DNA of 64,000 nucleotides, from contig OX597830.1 of NCBI GenBank assembly GCA_951406725.2, positions 33,914,001-33,978,000 on the forward strand, written 5' to 3'. Made by a program: the position numbers and the translations under genes. The stretch comes from Octopus vulgaris (Eukaryota). This document shows positions 50,717 to 64,000 of the stretch, in pieces. The notes under the pieces were generated by a model. That model was not told the DNA's origin. It saw nothing but the letters and a program-made list of their open reading frames with translations, and did no database searches. Position 1 is the stretch's first letter, and the number at the start of each line of letters is the position of its first letter.

Positions 50717-52469
50717 GCTTTTTACATGATATTATAACAAAGGTACAACTACCAGTGGGTAAGCTCTTGATTCTTTGACCTTGCTACTTTGACAGCCTCT
50801 ACCAGGGGTGCTTTACTTCCAGCAGCATGTGTATGTGGTGCATGTGTTTGTGTGTCTTTGTACAAAGTGCTTGTTCAGGGAACAATGGAAAACAATGGAA
50901 AAAAAAGGCCAAATCATGGAGAGCTGAGTTAAAACTTTTTTTGAATGTTTACTGATTGCTGCATATTATTCGTTCATGGTGATGATGACAAAACATGGAG
51001 ATAATGACAAGGAATTCGTATGGCTAAGAATCTTGCTTTTCAATCGCACGGTTTTGGGTTCAGTCATTGGGCAACTGTCTTTCATTGAAATCTGGGTCAA
51101 CCAATGCTTTCTGAGTGAATTTGGCTGATAGAATCTGTGTGAAAGACTGTTGTTTGTGTGTGTGTGAGCCTGATCAATTTATTTGATTAAACCCTTTAAG
51201 CTGGTACCCCTACAAGGCTGAAACAAGCTAAAATAAAAAGTAAAAGGGAAACAGTTTGAAGATAAATATTAAAGGAGAGAGAGGGAACAATTTGATCAAT
51301 GGATATTTTAAATGAGGCCCACCACTGCTTCTATTTAAAGAGATGTAAGATGGAAAAATAACCTGTGTATTGAAGTTGACATGAGCCATTATATATATAT
51401 ATATATATGTTTTTCCTTTATATATTTTTATTAAGAAACATTTCTCAGGGCCCCACCAGACAAAATGGAAAAGGCATTGCTCCAGAGAATGGTGAAGGAG
51501 ATGCATATCTCCCTCATCATCCTCCAAGACAACATCTTTTCCATTTTGTCTACTAGGGCTATGAGATAGAACAGTGCAAAGAATTTGTGCAAATCACTTG
51601 ATTACCATTTATAAGTATTTATAAGATATTCATAAAATAAATATATTGTATAGGAGAGTTTGAAAACAGCTGTTACTATCTGTTGTCACACAAATAAGAG
51701 CAGTAGATTAAAGAGAAATTATATGAAATGAAAATGAAAGTTGATGGGAAAATAACTTATGGTAACCAGTTAAAAACTTTTAAATACAACTAAATTTAGG
51801 AAATCTTAAGCTTATATTAAATGGGTTAAAATAATTAGTTATGAGTAGAATTGTAACAAAATGGCTGAAGAGGAATTCATGTAAGATAAATTTGTTATAC
51901 AAGAAAAAAATTGTTTAAAGGGCAGTGAAGAATAAGCATTTGAAATTTAAAGATATGTTGGAAGGCTTATTTCCTAATAAATAATTTAATGCCAAGTGAT
52001 AATGAAGAAGTAATACTTGAAGTCTTATCTCGAACATTTATAATATACCAGACATAAGTTTTTTTTATAATATTTTTTCTCCAAGTCTTGATTAAATCAA
52101 AGAGATTGGGAAAAGCGGCAATTGATTGAATTATAAAAAAAATGAGAGAAATTTCAGGCATAGGGATGTGCAGGCAAAATTAAAATAATTCAAGGCAGGA
52201 TAAAACAAGAAAGGGCAAAATGAAACAAGAAAGATGAAAAAGAATGATAAATTAATGTTGAAGTAGAATGAATACAATGAGTTGAGATGTATTAGGTTAG
52301 ATGATTAAATAAGTAAATAAGTAGATATAAAAATGCATGGTAAAAATAAAATTGAATATAAAATAAAATAATGCAAGGGAAAATAAGATTAGATAAAAAT
52401 GCGGAAAGTTGATTAAATTAAAAGAATAGAAAGGTGATCCACTTATGAGATAGATCGAAATAAATTTCT

Positions 52470-53175
52470 TTCATGATAAACATTCCAACTACCCAAGGAA
52501 TATTATTAATAATTTAGTTGAGAATATTTTTCCCAGATTGTCTAACCTTTCTGTTGAGCAACAAATATTTACTTAGTCATCCAGTACTATAATGAAGTTC
52601 TTTTCTAGAAGCACTTTTAAACAGAAAATTTGTCATATTGAATATATTCCAAAATATCCTGTTGAAAGAAATAGGAAAATACATATGAATTGGTATAACC
52701 CTCCTCATAACTTAACTGCAACAACATAAGTGTCAAAATATTTTTAATTATTTACATTTCCCTATCTCACCATAACATAAATATTATAATATTTCTGAAA
52801 AAAAAACGCTACAAAATCTTTTACTCAACTATATCCAGTCTTTAACGTTATTTAACCTTTCTACCTTGATATACAAGTTAGTCTATAACTAATTATCATT
52901 ATATTAATACTAATTAATGCCTTCCCCACTTCTCTATTGCATAGCTAATGGTAAAGTTTAGCAATTCCTTGTACAAGCTAATAATTCTTCAAATGTATAC
53001 ACTAGTCCTACTTCTAGCCCTTCTTAATTTCACTTGCATAATCTTACCTACATTTAGAAGCCTGATAAAATCTTGTCATTTCACTTTATCTGGGAATTGA
53101 AAAATTAAAACTTAAATGAAGCATTTTATCAAGTGCAAGGTTTGATACTGTTAACCAAAGAACATGCGACCTTTA
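52470..53175 (+). pseudogene. Second decayed Penelope-like (Neptune-type) remnant
   Basis: 52478-52570 KHSNYPRNIINNLVENIFPRLSNLSVEQQIF (cf. SNHPPxIIK...RLSxLS); 52667-52714 RNRKIHMNWYNPPHNL; HFIWELK at about 53082. Confidence 0.7.
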
Positions 53176-53724
53176 TCCATACACATACACACACACACAA
53201 AGAAAAACTCTGATTTAATCAACACATACAAAACAAAATACTTTAAACTATGTTATTTCTCTAATTTATCAATAATATTTGAATATTACCCCTTCATTAT
53301 CATCTGATATTTATAATTAGTTATTATTAGCTCCTATGCAGTTCATTTGTATTTACTTCATTTAGCTTAAACCCTTCTAAAAATTAGTACATCTTTAGAT
53401 TACACAATCTTTTCAACAATATTTCCTTGTGTACCTCATTTACATTACTTGAGTTCCACTTGAACCAGTTTGTTATATCGTTGTATATAAGTAAGTGCTT
53501 TACTCCAACGAATAGTAATTTCAGATTTACAAAATTTCCCAGCATTCTGTTTCGTAAAAACAAGGTAATCTCCTCTCAGACACTCTAGACTTGACTCACT
53601 CATCTCTTTTCTTTTCATTACCATATTCTGTTCACTTAACCAGATCCTACAATAAGCATTATTTCCATGGGTTAGTGAAGAACTTTGGTTCTCCCCAGAA
53701 TATCAGTCGCATAAAATTTCTTCT

Positions 53725-54109
53725 CTCTTTTACTCTTTTACTTGTTTCAGTCATTTGACTGTGGCCATGTTGGAGCACTCGAGCAAATTGACTTATTCTT
53801 TGTAAGCCTAGTACTTATTCTATCAGTCTCTTTTGCCGAACTGCTAAGTTACAGGGATGTAAACACACCAGCATCGGTTATCAAGTGAAGTTGGAGGGAC
53901 AAACACAGACACACAAACATATATATATATATGATACACATATATACGACAAGCTTCTTTCAGCTTCCGTCTATCAAATCCACTCACAAGGCTTAGGTCA
54001 GCTCGAGGTTATTGTAGAAGGCACTTGCCCAAGGTGCCACACAGTGGGACTGAACCCAGAACCATGTAGTTCGTAAGCAAGCTACTTACCACACAGCCAC
54101 TCCTACACC
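53725..54109 (-). mobile_element. SINE family A (full length)
   Basis: Reverse complement of the family A consensus seen in this window. Confidence 0.9.
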
Positions 54110-54289
54110 TATGCACAATTTTCTTGGAACTGTTTTGATTTGCAACATTCAGTTGGAATATTAATCATATTGGCATCACATTCTAAGAGAACTTGGAAAG
54201 ATAAAAACAGTCTGTTCATTCTAACTGATGCAATAAAGAAAATTCCAAGATAAAGTGATATACAAGGTTCCATCAGCTTCAAAATGTCA

Positions 54290-54798
54290 TCATGATCATC
54301 ATCTTTTAATATTCCTTTTCTATGCATGGCTTGAGAGGAACTGACAGGGCAAGAGGTCACACCAGATTCTATAGTCTGTTTTGGCCTGGTTTCTACTGCT
54401 GGATGCCCTTCCTAATACCAACCATCTTACAGGGTGTACTGTGTGCCTTTTATGCGGCACCAGCACCCACATGAATGCTTTTTTATGTGGAACTTTTGGT
54501 TTTAGAATATGATTATTCAATCGAAACTTAAAAGAGCTAGCAGTAGGACCAAATGCATGCCTTTAAGAAATGGTTGTAAGAAACAGGCCAAGACTAACCT
54601 TGCCTGTGCTGGTGCCACTTAATAAGCACTTAGTCCACTCTGTGCATTGGTTGGTTGTTAGGAACAGTGTCCAGCTGTAAAAACCATACTGAAATAGACA
54701 CAGTAGCCTGGGGTAGGCTTCTGCCTGGCCAACTCTTGTCAAACCATCCAACCCATGCCAGCATGGAAAACAGATGTTAAATGATGATGATAATGAAG
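54290..54798. mobile_element. Two family B elements in opposite orientation (54290-54490 minus; 54585-54798 plus)
   Basis: ctggatgcccttcctaataccaacc versus ggttgttaggaacagtgtccagctgtaaaaacc...gcatggaaaacagatgttaaatgatgatga. Confidence 0.75.
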
Positions 54799-56052
54799 AC
54801 ATAACTCTACAATTAGTTAAGCAAGATATGTGGGTTCAGATCCCATGGGAAGCCTTTGACTTTTTCCATCCAAAAAGGTTTTCTAACCCAATATTGACAG
54901 ATTATTTATTGCTTCAGAATCCACTGTTCCACAAAAGAATTATTTCCTGTTATCTTGAAAGTTTATAAAATTCTTATAGTTTCAAATATTATACTTAAAT
55001 TATGTTTGAACAAATTTTATCTCCTAACATCAATAACTGTCTTATTCTTATACATTTTAACACTTGGTTTAGAAAGAGAGTTTATTTTTTTGTGAGATCG
55101 AGACACCTGATGACATTTGAAGATCAAACTGATTCAAATGCAATGAAAATGTAAATATTACAAAATCTTTCATATCTAATGACAAGGCTAATGAGAGAAA
55201 AAAAAATGAGAATCATATTCATCATATACCAGTTCTTATCTCCTTTATAATCTTGCAAGCTAATAATTATGCAGTTTATGTTGTTCTGATAACCTTAAAT
55301 AGATTTTATGAATTTTCATCTGACCCATACTATCAAGGAAAATTGGACGTTAAAATGCTAATGAAGATAAATATACATACATGCACATGCTTACTCACAC
55401 ATACACATGTACACACACACATATATATATATCCATATATATATAAAGTCTACGTACAAGCATATATATGTATATGTATATGTGCATACACAGATGTTTG
55501 TATGGATGTGTGTGTGTGTATGCTTATACCTATTTGTGTGTGTGTATACATATATGTGTATGTATGTATACACACCCCACACCCATTTATATACACATAC
55601 AAAATGAAAGCAAATTGCTAAATATTTTCAAGAACGGGAAAAGGCTGTATTTTTAAGTTTTCTGCTTAGAAATATGAAGAGTAAGTTTGAAATATTTTCA
55701 AATAGAGTATGAAAAAAAAAAAAAGACAATGCACCAATGCACACAAAGATAAGGAAGCACATATACATACACACAAACACACATACATACAGACGTACAC
55801 GCACACATTCACGCACACATACACACACTCTCAAATACACATGCACACACGCACATACAAGAGAAGAAAATTATAATAGATTGTACAAAAAATTAGAATC
55901 TATTTTTTGTGATGCTGCATTTAATTTGATTTTAATGTATGTATATGTGTGTGTATATGTATACGTATGTTGCATATATGTATGTGTGTGTGTATATATA
56001 TATATACACACAAATATGTGTGTGTCTTTTAAACGTATGTTGCATATATGTA

Positions 56053-56094
<42 letters not shown>

Positions 56095-56536
56095 AATATG
56101 TGTGTGTGTATTTACACAGATACACATACATATAGATACACACACACACACACATACATGTATAAGCACATACACACATTGTATATGCATAAGAATAGTC
56201 AAAAAATGATACAAACAAACACCCACCTGCTTCCGTCCGACCTCCCACTTCTCCCTGTTATTAATGTGATTTTAAAAGCAGACATATAAGATACTTAATA
56301 ACAACTAACATAGAATGAAGGAAGATTTCTTTAATTATACATTAAAGCACACACGGACACACACCCATGCATACACTCATCTTACCCTAGGGGGTGTTGG
56401 ATGAATTAAAGATTGTAAAGAAAGAGAAATAGATGTGATAACAAGAGGAAGATGAAGACAGAGAGAAAGAGAAAGGAAATGAGAAGAGAGAGAAGACTAG
56501 AGGAATATAAGAGATAGTAAACAAAGTGATAACAAC

Positions 56537-56582
<46 letters not shown>

Positions 56583-56600
56583 CAGTGTGTCTGTAATATG

Positions 56601-56668
<68 letters not shown>

Positions 56669-56821
56669 TACATACAAATACACATATATATATATATATA
56701 CACATACATACAAATACACACATATATATATGCACATACATACAAATACATATATATACACACATACATACAAATACATAAATACATACATATATATATA
56801 TATACACACACATACAGACAA

Positions 56822-56868
<47 letters not shown>

Positions 56869-56876
56869 CATATATG

Positions 56877-56957
<81 letters not shown>

Positions 56958-57395
56958 ATATAAATATATATTTATATACAAACATACACTCACACATATA
57001 ATGTACACATATATGCATATATACACTGATACATACATAAATACATATCTATATATAGGTATGTATGTTGAATATGAGAGTGTGCCAGTGTGTGTGCATA
57101 TACATATATATATATATATGCATTCATAATATACACATATATGTGTGTGTGTGTGTGTGTGTGTGCATATATATGTGTGTATGTATATATATGTATGGGG
57201 GGGATGGACTCTTAATAAAATGAGAGGGTAAAAGAAAGCACTATAAGAGAAAGAGATAAGGAGTAATAGAGAGACTAATAAAGAGTAGTAGGAAGGGGAG
57301 TCAAATAAGTGAGGTAGGAGTGAGGATAAATATTGATATCTGTTGGAGTGAGTATACGTTGTACATGCGAGTGTGTGTGCTTATATATATGCATA

Positions 57396-57430
<35 letters not shown>

Positions 57431-57714
57431 TTGAAATATATAAATGAAATATAAATTATTTAAATGAGAAAATGCCTGTGTACATGTATATTATTTTTTT
57501 AAACATAAGGTAAGCAAGCAAAGATAGCAAATATATGTGTGTGTGTGTGTGTAGTATAATATATATGTGTGCGCGTAATATTATATGTATATTGAATGTA
57601 TGTGTATGTATTATATATATGTATATATATCATGTCCATATATCTATATGCAATAATGTAGATGTATACATACATTTATTACACATAAAGGAATAAAATG
57701 AGGAAGATTGAGTG

Positions 57715-57750
<36 letters not shown>

Positions 57751-58137
57751 CACACACATATATATGTGTTTGTGTGTGTATACATACATACACACACACA
57801 CATATACGCATATATATATATATATATAGGCACATACATGCACATATATAAGAAGAGGGAAAGAGACATGATATTATATAAGGAGGGAAAAAAATAAGAT
57901 TGGCTGTGAGGGAGATGGAAAGAGGGGGAGAAATTTAGAGGAGGAGAAAGTGTGTGCATGTATGTTTGGGTGTGTGTATGTACGTGCACAAGGGAGAAGA
58001 ATTGTGTGATGGTTGGGTGGCAAAAGAGAAATGAATTCTTAATTACATGTTTATCAGTTTCTTCTTCAATGATGCGGAAGCAATGAGTAAAATAAAAACA
58101 AAAGCCAAAAATAGTAATAATAATAATGATGATTAGG

Positions 58138-58197
<60 letters not shown>

Positions 58198-58840
58198 GTG
58201 AATGAAGGGAGAAAAGAAAATACAAAAACACACAGATTTTCGGTCCTATTTTCGGTTTTCGGATTAATTTGATTGGCAAAACACTCAGCTGTAAAAACAT
58301 GATTCCACTCTAAAAAACGTGTACTGACTCATCCTTTAGAAATAAAGGGGCCTTATTTAGAAATTGTTATTAATTTCGTTGTTGTTGTTGTTGTTGATGT
58401 TGATGTTTTTTGCAGTTGTTGTACAGAAATTATGGTATTTTCATACTAAGGAAATGTTCCTTCCAAAATGCTTAACTCCCATATTCATCAGTAAAGAAGT
58501 CTGGTTCCACGAAAATTCCTCAGAGAATTTTACCTGATATGATGCTGGTCAGTTGAACAAATTTCTTTCACAGAAACATATTAGTTTTTCGTGTATTTGT
58601 ATATATTATAAATATATACATGAATATATAAGTAATTATTTGGACTTTGGGTAAATGTCTGTCAGCATGACGTTTAAAGCATATCTACCATTTGGGGTAC
58701 CTGATGTCATCCACAGTTATGGTGTAATTTTCACCGGATCTACTTCAGGAATTCTGCAGTGTTCAATTTATTCATAATTGATGAGGGGTGCATTGAATAA
58801 AGATTCATACCAAATCCATTTTCTTTTTCTCTCCTCAATT

Positions 58841-59120
58841 CATCATCATCATCATCATCGTTTAACGTCCGTTTTCCATGCTAGCACGGGTTGGACGGTT
58901 CGACCGGGGTCTGGGAAGCCAGGGCTGCACCAGGCTCCAGTCTGATCTGGCAGTGTTTCTACAGCTGGATGCCCTTTCTAACGCCAACCACTCCGCGAGT
59001 GTAGTGGGTACTTTTTACGTGCCACCTGCACAGGTGCCAGCGGGGTCTGGCATTGGCCATGATCGGTTGGTGCTTTTAACGTGCCACCGGCATGGAAGCC
59101 AGCCAAGACGGCGCTGGCAT
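58841..59120 (-). mobile_element. Family B element (young copy)
   Basis: (CAT)n-cgtttaacgtccgttttccatgctagc..., with CpGs retained. Confidence 0.85.
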
Positions 59121-59424
59121 ATATAAAATTAAATAGTAAGGATAGAAATTGGTGTTAATCAATTAAAACCAGTGGCTTAAAAATCCAAAGATTAAAAATT
59201 GTGATACGTACAAAATTTAGACGAATGACCACTAAAGTGGACACCCTATATGCTAAACATAGACGTCAAATCGCCATTACCATGAAGAATGTGTTCTCAA
59301 GAAAAAAAATCTCAGCAAAACACCAGAATGTAAAAAATGAGCAAAATAAATTTAAAAAATACAAAATAAAAACGATTTTATTTCGTATGTTTTCATTTGT
59401 CTTGTTCATTTTTACATTTATGCA

Positions 59425-59548
59425 TTTTGCTGAGTAAATTGGTGCAACTTGAAATAAAGTGTCTTGCTCAAGGACACAATGTGCCCCTAGGAATTGAACT
59501 CATGACTTTACAATCATGAGCTGAACCCCTGAACAACTAAGCCATGTG
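59425..59548 (-). mobile_element. CORE-like SINE head fragment (similar copy at about 23465-23600)
   Basis: gtgtcttgctcaaggacacaa...ggaattgaactcatgac...caatcatgagctgaa...actaagcca. Confidence 0.7.
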
Positions 59549-59819
59549 TAGAAAAAGAAAAGGAAAATAAAGACAGCTTCAAACAATGCAGAAAGTTTTA
59601 CAAAAACCTTTATATCAAGGCACAAAGGCTCATTCTTAGAGGGAAACTGTTCAATAAATGTCTATTTATATCAGTTTTGCTATTTTATTTAAACTGCTTG
59701 GCATTTGGGTTAGCAGCAGCAGCAGCAGCAACTCTCCAAGTATAGGTCATTGTGACGTACTTTCATGTGGTGGTGGTGGAAGGTGGTATTGGTGGAGTAT
59801 GTTCTGATCTTGGTCACAG

Positions 59820-60300
59820 ATGCCATGACGTTTTCATAGGAGCCACTGGCTCATCTTTGGTCAACCGTTAATTTTTGGGTTGAGGCAGTGGATCAATATA
59901 ACTTCCTTGATACAAAGATTTCCATTGTTCTTCTCTGAGGCCTGTATGTGGGTGTGTATCTTTGAGGTGGTGTTGCTGCACTTGATTCGTGGAAGAAAGA
60001 TGCGCTGGTAGTGAGATTTTCCTTCATTGAGATGTGGAATGGTAAGATTGTGCTACCGAAGTAACAGGTGTTGCATGTGAAGCATCGTATCTTGTACACC
60101 ACATATGCCCATAGGCACATGTTAGCGTTGCAAATGGAACAGTTTGCCAGTGTGCAGAGCTGTTTATCTGTGTGTGACCCTCTTGTTGAGAGAGGCTTAT
60201 GTAGGATGCCTAGGCCTTCCCTGCAGGTGGCCTTGTAAATGGTAGAGGTGGACTTATCATTAAAATGGGGACACTTCAAGAAACAGGTCTTAGAGAAATC
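59820..60300 (-). pseudogene. Penelope/Poseidon-type GIY-YIG endonuclease remnant; partial duplicates at about 60484-60590 and 62148-62277
   Basis: ORF 59893-60360 contains CxxxxCxxC...VVYKIRCFTCNTCYFGSTILPFHISMKENL (GIY-YIG VVY...YxGxT...KEH pattern). 59869-59998 matches 62148-62277. Confidence 0.75.
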
Positions 60301-61664
60301 CCACTTGGCATGTTTATTTACAAAATTGTCATTGTAGACACCATAAAAACACCCAAACACACCGACATGCTAAAATAATGAAAACTGGTATTAGGTTTTT
60401 GGGTCTGAGTTACAGAAAAAAAAAGCAAGCAAAATATATTTCATGGAGGTGAAATCTTTATGAAGGTGTTTATCTTTAAGGCGTTTATCTTTGAGGTGGT
60501 GTTGCTACATTTGACTAGGTGTTTGTGGAAGAAAGATGCGTTGGTAGTGAGATTTTCCTTCATTCAGATGTGGAATGGTTAGATTGTGTAACAAAGGTGT
60601 TCAATATATTTCATGATTAAAGTTGTGAAATTTGGGCAACAAAATAATTGTGCAACGAATATGATTATGCATTGGCCAAAAGAGAACAGAAGTAGTTTTA
60701 TTTTTTCTCAGATATAGGATAGCTACCTTATCTCCAGATGTTTTGGTAGTGAAAATCTTTAAAGAAATGTCGATAGAATTGTTTTGTAAGTGATGCATCA
60801 AAGAAATTTCTTGTGATGTAATTTATCATAAGAGAGACATTTTCTGTATTTGTATTTTATTTTATTTAATGTAAAATGAATCTATCACATATAACAAGGT
60901 AGGTATTTTTATTAGAAAAGTTGGCGACAGTTTTAGAATCACTTAATTAGATGGAAATAAAAAAGAAGGTCTGATGTATTTGACAAAGCAAAGCTATGTT
61001 TGGAAAATCTACCACTAAATTTTAGTAACCTTGTAAGTGTATCTAGTGATGAAACTGTTACTTAGTAAAGTTATAGTGCTGTTGGTATTACAATTTAGCT
61101 AGAAGACATTTTGGATAATCATGTAAAATATCGCAGCATCATCTGTCTGCCGACAAAAACACATTCATCATTGTTGTTGTGCTACATTTATATTTCCATG
61201 CAATCAGAGGTTTGTGGAGTGTATTGTAGAGGCGATATTTCACAAACAGATGCCCTTCCTATTGCCAATTCTCACCTGTCTTTCAAGCAAAAGATCTCTT
61301 CCTTCACACTTGGCCGAATGCAAAAAAGCCAGAGTATGATTTGTTGACAAGGGAAATTAAAAACAACAGCACCTCTTGCAGCACATGTGGGGGTAATTTA
61401 TGAATAAGTTTACATGTAAACAAATGTGTGCATGCATACACAAAAACAAGCACATACACAAACAGCCTTCAGTGAGTTTCCATTTACAAAATCCTCATAC
61501 AAGGTTTTTGCTGGCCAAGGGCAATAATAGAAGACATTTGCACAAGGTTCGCTATATTGAAATTATATTGAACCAAATATATATATAAGAATGAGTAAAT
61601 ATACAAAATAAATACTCATAAAGATGAGCGGGGCCATTGCCAGAAATGCCTAACTGGCCCTCAT

Positions 61665-61839
61665 GGCAGTGGCATGTAAAAGTACCCACTACACTCTGAG
61701 AGTGGTTGGCATTAGGAAGGGCATCCAGCTGTAGAAACTCTGCCAGATCAGATTGGAGCCTGGTGCAGCCAACTGGCTTGCCAGTCCTCAGTCAAATCGT
61801 TCAACCCATGCTAGCATGGAAATCAGAGGTTAAACGATG

Positions 61840-61874
<35 letters not shown>

Positions 61875-61890
61875 CATTATCATCATCATC
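61665..61890 (+). mobile_element. Family B element
   Basis: gagtggttggcattaggaagggcatccagctgtagaaactc...gttaaacgatga(tta)n. Confidence 0.85.
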
Positions 61891-62278
61891 ATCAAGGACA
61901 AATCTAAATAACTGATAATAGCAATAACAATAATATTGGTGGCAGCAATTGAAAATAGCATTAAACAGCTATACAATAAATTATTAATTATATTAGAAGG
62001 TACACTAAGCACCAGCCTGCTAGAAAGTGGAAGTAAAAACTTCCAACTTAACCACAAATCTTACTGAAAATATGTAACAGACCAACAGAAATTGGGCAAA
62101 CAAGTGGAATTTAATGTATTTTCTCAGCTAAAAAGCCTTAGAATAAGGTTAATTTTTCAGGTTGAGCCAGTGGATCAATATAGCTTCCTTGAATAAAGAT
62201 TTCCATTATTCTTCACTGAGGCCTGTATTGAGGTGTCTATCTCTTTGGTAGTGCTACCTCATTTGATTAGGAAGAAAC

Positions 62279-62315
<37 letters not shown>

Positions 62316-62511
62316 TAAATAGATAGATATATACCTGGGTTCAGTGTTTATTTTTACTTTCTGATCTATCTTTATATCTATTTCTTCCATCCTTCCACCT
62401 ATTTTTCTATATACTTTTCTTTTCAAGTCCCATTGGACATTTTCCTATCAGCATTATTTCTTCATATTTCTCATGCTGTCTCATAAATGAAAGCCTCTAT
62501 ATGTGACACAC

Positions 62512-62546
<35 letters not shown>

Positions 62547-64000
62547 TAGACTACCCGTGACCTGTTGAGTCACTGGGAAACTCTGAATTTCCCAGCAACA
62601 GAGTTTTGTTTTGTGGGTTCTTTTCTTTCCCAGGTTATTTTGCTTGCTTTCAATGAATGTGACATTGAAATCACATGTAAATGGCTCCTTTCCACAGAAA
62701 AGGAAAGATTTAGTTGCTATTTCTTGTATGCCCTGCTACCATGTAACAGGTATTTCGGGTTCTTTATCGCAAATAGCTGTTACGTGGTAGCAAGGCATGC
62801 TAGAAATAGCAGCCAAATGTTTGGAAGTGAGATACGTTGAATACACTTGAAAAAAATCGATGGGGAAAAACTATTTCACACCAAGGTTATGGACGAGTCT
62901 TTTATGAAATATTTACCATATTTTTAAAGTTATTTTAACTTTAAAATATTTTAAAAATATGCTAACAGAAATTTTTGGAATGGTATACACTTGAAAATAA
63001 TTGTAAAAAACATAAAAATATTATCTGTTTAAAGAAAGCTAAAATATAAATACTTACTGCACAAACAGATTACATGTTTGATGTCACATTCACTTAAAAA
63101 TATTTCTAAATTATTGAACTATTGTGTTTAAAAGAAGCAAGAATAGAAACATTTACTCTAAAGAATTTGTATTTTTTCCCTTATCAAGTCACTGTCTCTC
63201 ATAGAAAGATATGAGTTTCTTCCCTTTCAGGATGAAGATTATTTTCGGAATATTTTCCCATTATGCACCGTTTTGAGTATTTATACCTGAAAAATCTCTA
63301 ATATTTTTAAAACTACGTGTCTTATGTATGTGAAACTTGTTTTATTCCGTCCGTATTAACATTTCAGGGTAAACTTTATTCATACTATTTTCCCATTATC
63401 TGCCAGTTTGGCTGGGTAACATTGCAAGCAAGCAAGCAAGATTCAAACTGATTTTTAATGTATTATAGATATACATATATATCCCTCTGATATACATATT
63501 ATTTTTAACACAGCATGTCTATAAGAGATTTTATCTGGGATGAAAACTACAGCATCTTTTCTGCCAATGGTATATTTAGATTAAGAATGACACGTTGACA
63601 GCTATTTTAATTTAACATTGTTTTGTTTCAGTTGTGTACACCAGATATGTGTGTGTGTGTCTGTGTGTCATGAAGTCAAACCAAGTATACTTCTGAAAAC
63701 ATTTAATATGTGTATTTCAGATAATTGTGCAATAGATAAAAATGGAATTTCTCTTCTTAAGCAATATCTTCCTCAGTTAATACATATCAGAATATAAACA
63801 AATTGATGGAAACCACTCTTTCTATATGGTCAGGGCAGTTTAAGTTACTTATTAGAAAAGGAGAGGAGGTGGTCAGGAGGAGTAGAAAGTCTATAGAGTA
63901 GCAAAGAGAAGAGAGAAGGAGAGAGAGTGCATGGGTGGGGGAATTGGTAATGTAGGCTTAAGGGCAGAGGAAAGGTGAGAAAGATGGAACCCTAGGTAAT

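Noticed and set aside
62880-63600. Possible DNA-transposon fragment (repeated attttcccattat)
   Set aside because: No TIR pair, TSD or coding motif identified.

Overview
AT-rich, microsatellite-saturated eukaryotic non-coding DNA (intronic or intergenic). The repeat families (tRNA-headed SINEs, RTE-related short elements, (TA)n/(CA)n/(AAT)n/(GAT)n tracts) look like those of an Octopus (coleoid cephalopod) genome; this assignment is from recognition, not a database search. I find no intact protein-coding gene, rRNA, true tRNA gene or CRISPR array, and almost every ORF in the supplied track translates a microsatellite or SINE. The window holds dozens of SINE copies from about five families (my labels A-E), two mariner transposase remnants, three or four Penelope-like (GIY-YIG) remnants, an R4/Dong-like 3' end, an RTE-like deletion derivative, and hAT-like, piggyBac-like and foldback MITEs. 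The most interesting signal is a set of minimal hammerhead-ribozyme (HHR) motifs in several unrelated short non-autonomous repeats. One is fused downstream of a tRNA-derived Pol III head (15273-15564). Another family has the core C3-G8 pair swapped to G3-C8 (2895-2946; 23898-24018). Several locally templated insertions and empty-versus-filled insertion sites are also visible. Coordinates were read by eye and repeat boundaries are approximate.
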